Below are positions 57,723-64,000 of a DNA stretch of 64,000 nucleotides, one piece after another (the first letter of the stretch is position 1; the number at the start of each line of letters is the position of its first letter). Below the pieces are notes generated by a model. It ran no database searches, was not told the origin of the DNA, and saw nothing but the letters and a program-made list of their open reading frames with translations. The position numbers and the translations under genes were made by a program. The DNA comes from Candidatus Marinacidobacterales bacterium (GTDB lineage: Bacteria > Acidobacteriota > Vicinamibacteria > Marinacidobacterales > DATDRI01). The DNA is taken from the NCBI GenBank assembly GCA_965226495.1, contig OZ245365.1, positions 1,568,001-1,632,000 of the forward strand. The letters are read 5' to 3'.

Positions 57723-59639
57723 TCATCCTGTCAGATCCCGAAGCGTTTCCCGGTTTACCTCGACGGAGGAACGTTGCTGGAGAGCCTGCAGATAGGCGGC
57801 CCAGAATTGCTGTCGCTTTTGGGCGAGCACCTGTTCGGTGAAGGTGTTTTTCTCGGAAGCGAACTTTTCGGCATCGTATCCGGTTCGCTCGACCACACGT
57901 AGCACGACGAAACCGCCGGGCGAGGGAAGTGGCGCGGAAAAGGTGCCGGTTTCACCAGTAAATGCTGCATCTTGTACCGCCGGGGAGCGACCGGCCTCGG
58001 GTAGCTGCGTTCCTCGGTAGAAGCTCTCCGCGGTCTTGAGCTCCGTGCCCGCGGTCTTGGCGGCGTCGGCCGCAGCTAGGGCGTCCTTCAGCTTGAGGCG
58101 AATCTCTTCGGCTTTCGCGCGTGCGGCGCTCATGGCCGCCTGATCTAGCAAGTCTTTCTTCACCTGCTTCCGAACGTCTTCGAACCGAGGAAGGTGGGCT
58201 GGACTTTCTTCCAGCACTTCGAAGAAAACGTAATCTTGCCCCTGGCGGAGCGGCGGCGATACCTTGCCGATCGGGAGCTCGAAGACCAAGCTTCTGAGCT
58301 CTTGCGAGCCACCAAGCTGCGGCACGGGGTCCTGGTGCCCGAAGAAGTCGGTCTCTTGCGTGGTCAGGAGATCGTACTGTTGTGCCAATCCTTCCAAGTT
58401 CTCTGTGCTACGCAGGTATTCGCTGGCCTGGGTCACAGCCTCGCCCATCAGGTCGACGGCTTTTTCCTGATTCAGGCGACCCCGTATCTCGTCGCGCACG
58501 CTGTCGAGCGGCCGGGTCAGTGGCTCTTGCCGTTCGGTCACTTTGATGATGTGGAAGCCGTATGCGCTCTTTACGAGTTCGGACGTGTCTCCGATACTCA
58601 ACGAAAATGCCATTTGTTCAAACTCGGGCACCATTTCTCCTCGCCCGAAGAAGCCAAGATCCCCACCCTGCTCCGCCGATGTATCCCCGGAGTGTTTCTT
58701 TGCCAACGCTGCGAAATCGCCACCCGAGTTCACCTCAGCTAGGACCGCCTCGGCTTGGCGCCGCACTTCCTCTTCGTCCGCGTCCGCGGTCTTGAAGAGA
58801 ATGTGGCTGGCTTTTACCTGCAGGGGTGTTTCGTAAAGAGGAAGATTCTGATTGTAGTCGCGTTCTATTTCGCGCTCGGTAACGGTAACCGAAGCGAGGA
58901 AGGGCTGAGAGGTAATCGGTAGGTATCGGATCCTGCGTTGCAGGGGCAGCCGATACTGTTCCTTCTTTTCCTCGAAGAAAGCGGAGAGCTCTTCGTCGGC
59001 AACTTCCTTGCTTTCGTCGATCGGTTCTTTAGGCAGGTAAACGTACTCTAGCTTGGCCATCTCGTTGCGATTGCGATACTCGCGCTCGACTTCTTCGGAA
59101 CTAACGAGCACGCCATCGGTGACCAACGTCTGCAGCTTCTGGCGTAGGGCTTGGTTGCGAAGCTCGGCCTCGAACTGCCCCGCCTTCCATCCATTCTGCG
59201 ATAGTGTCTGCAGATAGGCGGCTCTTCCGATGAATTGCCCGTTACTCTGGAAGGAGGGATCTCTAAAGATGCGGCTGGCCAATTCCTCATCACTGATCGT
59301 TAGGCCCTGTCGTTCTGCCTCCACAACGAGCAGGGCGTCCTGAATGAGTCCTAGCAAAACGAGGTCCTCTAGCCCCAATTGCCGCATCAGCGCATGCGAG
59401 TACTGCTGACCGAGTTGGGCTCGATAGACCTGCTCTTGAAGACGGTAGCGTTGCTGGAACTGTTGCGCGGAGATCCGTACGCCCTCGACGCGCGCGATCT
59501 CACCGGTTAACCCAGCTCCACCCGCCGGTGCGAGGAAATCAGGAATATAGAAAGCGATGAAGGCAAAGATGACAAGCCCCAGCAGGATTACGCCCACCAT
59601 GTAACCCATTCTCTTGCGATCTCGAAAGTACTTCAGCAT
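57723..59639 (-). CDS. ppiD: PpiD-like membrane-anchored parvulin PPIase/chaperone
   Basis: N-terminal TM, SurA-like domain, ASHIL, GGDLG, YGFHII. Confidence 0.88.
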   Translation of the reverse strand: MLKYFRDRKRMGYMVGVILLGLVIFAFIAFYIPDFLAPAGGAGLTGEIARVEGVRISAQQFQQRYRLQEQVYRAQLGQQYSHALMRQLGLEDLVLLGLIQDALLVVEAERQGLTISDEELASRIFRDPSFQSNGQFIGRAAYLQTLSQNGWKAGQFEAELRNQALRQKLQTLVTDGVLVSSEEVEREYRNRNEMAKLEYVYLPKEPIDESKEVADEELSAFFEEKKEQYRLPLQRRIRYLPITSQPFLASVTVTEREIERDYNQNLPLYETPLQVKASHILFKTADADEEEVRRQAEAVLAEVNSGGDFAALAKKHSGDTSAEQGGDLGFFGRGEMVPEFEQMAFSLSIGDTSELVKSAYGFHIIKVTERQEPLTRPLDSVRDEIRGRLNQEKAVDLMGEAVTQASEYLRSTENLEGLAQQYDLLTTQETDFFGHQDPVPQLGGSQELRSLVFELPIGKVSPPLRQGQDYVFFEVLEESPAHLPRFEDVRKQVKKDLLDQAAMSAARAKAEEIRLKLKDALAAADAAKTAGTELKTAESFYRGTQLPEAGRSPAVQDAAFTGETGTFSAPLPSPGGFVVLRVVERTGYDAEKFASEKNTFTEQVLAQKRQQFWAAYLQALQQRSSVEVNRETLRDLTG

Positions 59640-59819
59640 TTAGTTGACTCCAAACCAACCATGCTAACGAATCGTGCACACTCGATCAAGCTCGATCAAC
59701 AGGGCGGTGCGATGCGATGTGGCCGGCGTGGAGCGATAACCCCAGTTTTTTCAACGAGATTGGCGTCGGGGATGCTGCCGGTAGCCTTTGAAAACTAAGA
59801 GGCGGTATGTTAAACTCAT

Positions 59820-61109
59820 GTGTCGCATACCTTTAGGCGCCAAATGTCGCAACGAAATCAGTACGGTGAACGCTCCGGCCTCCACGTCGAGTGGGTGACT
59901 ATTCGGCATAGGACCGTCTACCTTTTGGTCGCCCTCGCTGTCCTCGTGGGTGGCGGTGCTGCCGCGTTCTACTACTTCGCTTACCATGCGCCCCCCGATG
60001 TCGGCACTGACTCCGAGGCAGAGGTTGCGCTCAACACCAGCGCAAGCTTCATAGAAATCTCGGGAAGCGTCAAAGTTCGCAAGGCCGGGACGTATGCGTG
60101 GATCGACGCGCGAAGGGGAATCGCTCTATCCCGGGATGACCACGTGAGGACCGATAGTAACGCGACGGCTCGGATCCGCTTCTTCGATGGGACGGAATAC
60201 TTGGTGAAGCAGGACACGATTTTGGTGATCGAAGAAACGTACGAAGACCCGCAAACCAACGTAAGGCGCGTGGCGGTGAAGCTGACCGCAGGACAAGTGA
60301 ATCTCCAGACGCCGACCAGGAACGTCGAAGGATCCAGTTCCGAGTTGGCAACGCCGAACACCGAGGCGAGCTTCGACGAGCGGACGGTTGCGGATGTTCG
60401 GTACGATCAATCGAATCGAGTGTCTGGTTTCACGATCTTCCGGGGTGCGTCGGATCTGAAAGCGGGAGGCAAGAGAGTGAAACTCGGTTCTAGCCAGGAA
60501 GTGGAGGTTTCGGCGGCGAATAGTTTCTCGGAAATAGTCCGACTTCCGGGCATCCCATCCCCCGAGTCGCCCGCCCATCTCTCGACTGTTGTCCACCGAG
60601 ACCCGGTACGTTCCAACACCGAGTTGAAGTGGGGCGTCGTGGAGGGAGCTCGCCGATACCACGTGATGCTCGATCGCACTCCAAACTTCTCCGATCCCTT
60701 GTGGGATAGCAAGGTTAAAGGGCTCAGCGCGGTCGTCCCCGGACTAGCGCCGGGGGCCTACTATTGGAAAGTCAGCGCCGAGGACGGCGAAAATCGGCAG
60801 GGCGGCTACAGCGACTTCGCGAAGTTCAGCATTAGTACGCGGGCAAAGACGAACACACCACCAAAACTGCTGGTGTCCAATCCGACCGCGACCCTCGACG
60901 GTGTTGTTACGTTCAATGGGACGACCGATCCTGACGCTGTGGTAACCGTGAACAACGAGCGGGTCTCCGTCCGGCCCGACGGTTCCTTTCAGCACTATTT
61001 CATCATCGGAAGACCCGGTCGCCACGAGATCATCGTCAAGGCGTTCAAGCGTAGTGGGGGCACCGCGGAGAAGGTCTTTCAGGTAACCATAGGCTCCGAA
61101 GGGCCTTGA
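59820..61109 (+). CDS. FecR-domain membrane protein with FN3/Ig-like domains
   Basis: TM; G.V.VR....W, D.VRT....A.I.F.DG; YYWKVSA. Confidence 0.75.
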   Translation: MSHTFRRQMSQRNQYGERSGLHVEWVTIRHRTVYLLVALAVLVGGGAAAFYYFAYHAPPDVGTDSEAEVALNTSASFIEISGSVKVRKAGTYAWIDARRGIALSRDDHVRTDSNATARIRFFDGTEYLVKQDTILVIEETYEDPQTNVRRVAVKLTAGQVNLQTPTRNVEGSSSELATPNTEASFDERTVADVRYDQSNRVSGFTIFRGASDLKAGGKRVKLGSSQEVEVSAANSFSEIVRLPGIPSPESPAHLSTVVHRDPVRSNTELKWGVVEGARRYHVMLDRTPNFSDPLWDSKVKGLSAVVPGLAPGAYYWKVSAEDGENRQGGYSDFAKFSISTRAKTNTPPKLLVSNPTATLDGVVTFNGTTDPDAVVTVNNERVSVRPDGSFQHYFIIGRPGRHEIIVKAFKRSGGTAEKVFQVTIGSEGP

Positions 61110-61198
61110 ACGAGGGCACGGTGGCGAATCCCGTCCGAGTTCTCGGTTCCCCCGGTTACTAGTGCCACGCGCGTCCGAGTAATTAGGAAGAAGCGACT

Positions 61199-62803
61199 TT
61201 GAAGGCCACACGGCCCGATTCCTGGCGGCTTGTTAAGTCCGAGCGGCAAGCTCGGCAAGGGTCCGTCGTGCCCATGCAGAAGCACGCCGTTACCCCTGGT
61301 ACTCCCGATACCCCCGATACTGACGCTGGGCGCGCCCATACCGCTAGTAGGGCGAGCGAAGGCCGCCTTGCCCTGTTCTACTCCAACCCCGAAGTCTGGG
61401 ACTCGTTTCAGTCGCTTTCGAGCGGAGGCGTCGAGTTAGTCGCGTTCGAGATCTCTCGGTTCGCCCTAGGTACCGGAAAGGACCGCGGTCGCGTCGACAC
61501 GCCGCATAAGAGTTGGAAAAAGGGCCAGCGATTCGAAGCCATCATCGTCGAGCAATCCTCCCGCAGCTACGAAAAACTTGTGCGTTGGTTACGCAAGGCC
61601 GTTCCCGAAACTCCCATCCTTGCCTACGGGTCGCCGGTCGCTCCCAAGGAACACCCTGGCGTATCCCTTCACCTGACGGAACTACCGACGACCGACGCTC
61701 TGCCCTTGATTCTGATCGATGCGCAACGGATTCATCGTTTGAGTCGGAAATCGGCCTTGCTTACTCGGCGGCTGAAGGAAACAACCCGACGCCTGCAAGT
61801 GCTCGGTGACATAGTTGCAACCGCCAACTCGGTGCTGGAACCTCAGCGCGTCGTTGCCGTGATCATGTCCCACATCCAGCGGCTCATACCGTCCGAAGCT
61901 TGGTCGATCTTGCTCGTCGATGAGACGAAAAAAGAGCTCACCTTTGAAATGGCGTTGGGGGAGAAGGGACAGGACTTCAGCGAGATCCGCCTGAAGATTG
62001 GGGAGGGCATTGCGGGTTGGGTGGCCGAGACCGGCAAACCGGCGATCGTGAACAACGTCGCCAGCGACCCTCGCTTTCAGGGGAGGTGCGACGCGCAGAC
62101 CCAGTTCCAGACGCGCTCCATTCTCTGTGCCCCGTTGGTTTCGAGAGGCGCAACAATTGGGGTGGTGGAGATTCTAAATCGCTCCTCGGGAAGCCGATTC
62201 ACCAAACAGGATCTCGATTTGCTTCTCACGTTGGTCGAGCCGGCCGCCATCGCCTTGGAGAATGCGCTCCTCTTTCAACGGGCCGAAAAATTAGCCATCA
62301 CCGATGACCTAACGAAACTCTACAACTCCCACTACTTGAACACCTGTCTTGGGAGAGAGATCGAACGGTCCAGCCGCGAACGAATGTGCTTCGCGTTGAT
62401 TTTTCTGGACCTCGATGGGTTCAAGGGGGTCAACGATCAGCATGGACACCTCTGTGGGAGCCGGACCCTGTTCGAAGTGGGTTCAATCCTTAGGCAAGCG
62501 GTCAGAGGAGAGGACGTTGTGAGCCGCTACGGGGGAGACGAGTTTGTGGTAGTGCTCCCGAACACCGACAGCCAGGGGGCGCTCTCGATCGCCCGCCGCA
62601 TCCGAAAGGGTCTCAAGGATCATGCCTTCTTGGGAGAATTCGGCCTCGCGGTGCATTTATCTGCCAGCTTTGGGATTAGCAGCTTTCCGCAGCACGGCCG
62701 GACGCCGCAGGATCTCATTCAAAAGGCAGACCAGGCGATGTATAGTGTCAAAGAAAGGGGGAAAGACGCAGTTGCGCTAGCTGGAAGCCTAACCGAGCCG
62801 TGA
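61199..62803 (+). CDS. GAF-GGDEF diguanylate cyclase (start may be ATG 61274)
   Basis: GEGIAGWV, D.RF, TDDLT.LYN, RGED I-site, RYGGDEF. Confidence 0.92.
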   Translation: MKATRPDSWRLVKSERQARQGSVVPMQKHAVTPGTPDTPDTDAGRAHTASRASEGRLALFYSNPEVWDSFQSLSSGGVELVAFEISRFALGTGKDRGRVDTPHKSWKKGQRFEAIIVEQSSRSYEKLVRWLRKAVPETPILAYGSPVAPKEHPGVSLHLTELPTTDALPLILIDAQRIHRLSRKSALLTRRLKETTRRLQVLGDIVATANSVLEPQRVVAVIMSHIQRLIPSEAWSILLVDETKKELTFEMALGEKGQDFSEIRLKIGEGIAGWVAETGKPAIVNNVASDPRFQGRCDAQTQFQTRSILCAPLVSRGATIGVVEILNRSSGSRFTKQDLDLLLTLVEPAAIALENALLFQRAEKLAITDDLTKLYNSHYLNTCLGREIERSSRERMCFALIFLDLDGFKGVNDQHGHLCGSRTLFEVGSILRQAVRGEDVVSRYGGDEFVVVLPNTDSQGALSIARRIRKGLKDHAFLGEFGLAVHLSASFGISSFPQHGRTPQDLIQKADQAMYSVKERGKDAVALAGSLTEP

Positions 62804-62935
62804 TATCCTTTAGCTCGCTGTTGAAACTCGTCGGTGCCACAACCGGTCTGACACAGTGAGGTTTTCGCCTCGAGACCCCAGCGACGGGGCCGGTGAGGCA
62901 CTTGGTAACCACTCAAATACTGCCGAAAGGCAAAA

Positions 62936-63961
62936 ATGAATCTGCGTTCTGTTTTTAGCGTTTTTTCTAACGATCTCGCCATCGACCTCGGGACGGCGAA
63001 CACTCTGGTCTTCATCGAGGGAAAGGGAATCGTAGTCTCCGAGCCCTCGATCGTTGCCATTAACCAGGTTACTGGGAGAGTCGAGGCGGTCGGGAGGGAA
63101 GCGAAGGAAATGCTCGGTCGCACGCCGGGCAATATCACCGCGATTCGGCCGATGAAGGACGGGGTGATCGCCGACTTCGAGATCACTGAGAAGATGCTGG
63201 CGTACTTCATTCAAAAGGCGCACAACCGAAAGGTATGGGTCGCGCCCCGGATCGTGATCGGGATCCCCTCCGAGATCACGCAGGTGGAGAAACGCGCGGT
63301 GAAGGACAGTGCCCTGCGTGCGAAGGCCAGCGAGGTCTTCCTGGTGGATCAGGCGATGGCGGCCGCCATCGGGGCTGGTCTTCCCGTCACCGAACCGTCG
63401 GGCAACATGGTCGTCGATATCGGCGGTGGGACCACGGATATTGCCGTTATTTCGATGGCCGGCATCGTCTACAGCAGCTCGGTGCGCGTGGCCGGCAATG
63501 AAATGGATGAGGCGGTCATCAAGCACCTCCGCAAGAAGTACAACCTTCTCATCGGAGAACGAAGCGCCGAGCAAGTCAAGATCGAGATCGGTTCCGCATA
63601 TCCATTGGACAAGCCGATGACCATGGAGATCAAAGGGCGGAACCTGATCGAGGGTGTTCCGAAAACGCTGGTAGTAACGGATGAGGAGATACGGGAGGCG
63701 TTGGAAGAGACGCTCGCGGTCATCGTGAACGCGGTGAGGGTCGCGCTCGAACGGACTCCCCCCGAGCTTTCGGCGGACATCGTCGATCGCGGCATCGTAC
63801 TGACCGGAGGCGGTGCTCTTCTGAAGAATCTGGACAGGAGGCTGCGCGAGGAGACCGGGCTTCCGGTTTCCATGAGCGAGGACCCGCTCTCGTCGGTCGT
63901 GCTGGGGACGGGCAAGATGCTCGCCGATTTGAAGTTCCTTAGGAAGATCTGTCTGGATTGA
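62936..63961 (+). CDS. mreB: Rod shape-determining protein MreB
   Basis: [19 protein letters not shown]. Confidence 0.98.
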   Translation: MNLRSVFSVFSNDLAIDLGTANTLVFIEGKGIVVSEPSIVAINQVTGRVEAVGREAKEMLGRTPGNITAIRPMKDGVIADFEITEKMLAYFIQKAHNRKVWVAPRIVIGIPSEITQVEKRAVKDSALRAKASEVFLVDQAMAAAIGAGLPVTEPSGNMVVDIGGGTTDIAVISMAGIVYSSSVRVAGNEMDEAVIKHLRKKYNLLIGERSAEQVKIEIGSAYPLDKPMTMEIKGRNLIEGVPKTLVVTDEEIREALEETLAVIVNAVRVALERTPPELSADIVDRGIVLTGGGALLKNLDRRLREETGLPVSMSEDPLSSVVLGTGKMLADLKFLRKICLD

Positions 63962-64000
63962 GAATCTGTTACGCGGCAGCATCGGCTGCGCCGGTGACGA

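Overview
GC-rich (~60% by eye) bacterial chromosomal window, mostly housekeeping and envelope genes: ccdA, acpS, MglA-like GTPase, comM, secA, guaB, tsaE, nnr, tandem ThyX, tatA, larE-like, moaC/moeA, lpxD, gdhA, Ser/Thr kinase, TolC/MacAB-type exporter, PpiD, GGDEF protein and mreB. Gene content suggests an Acidobacteriota-like organism (inference). Several genes carry single frameshifts and short tandem duplications that may be read or assembly errors. Notable items not explained by the ORF track: (1) a 74-aa glutaredoxin-like selenoprotein with two in-frame UGA codons and an fdhF-like SECIS; (2) a LysW-like zinc-ribbon protein translationally coupled to a LarE-like ATPase; (3) a modular intergenic repeat system made of co-varying GGGG-CCCCAC-CCCC hairpins, a GCTGANGGCTC box and ~60-bp 'conserved box/variable spacer' units, present in most long intergenic gaps; (4) one such element sits inside a DUF309 gene between two synonymously recoded copies of the gene's 5' end and carries a 15-nt reverse complement of its own junction site; (5) a two-gene BMC satellite locus. 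No transposase, integrase, CRISPR-Cas, rRNA or tRNA gene was recognised.
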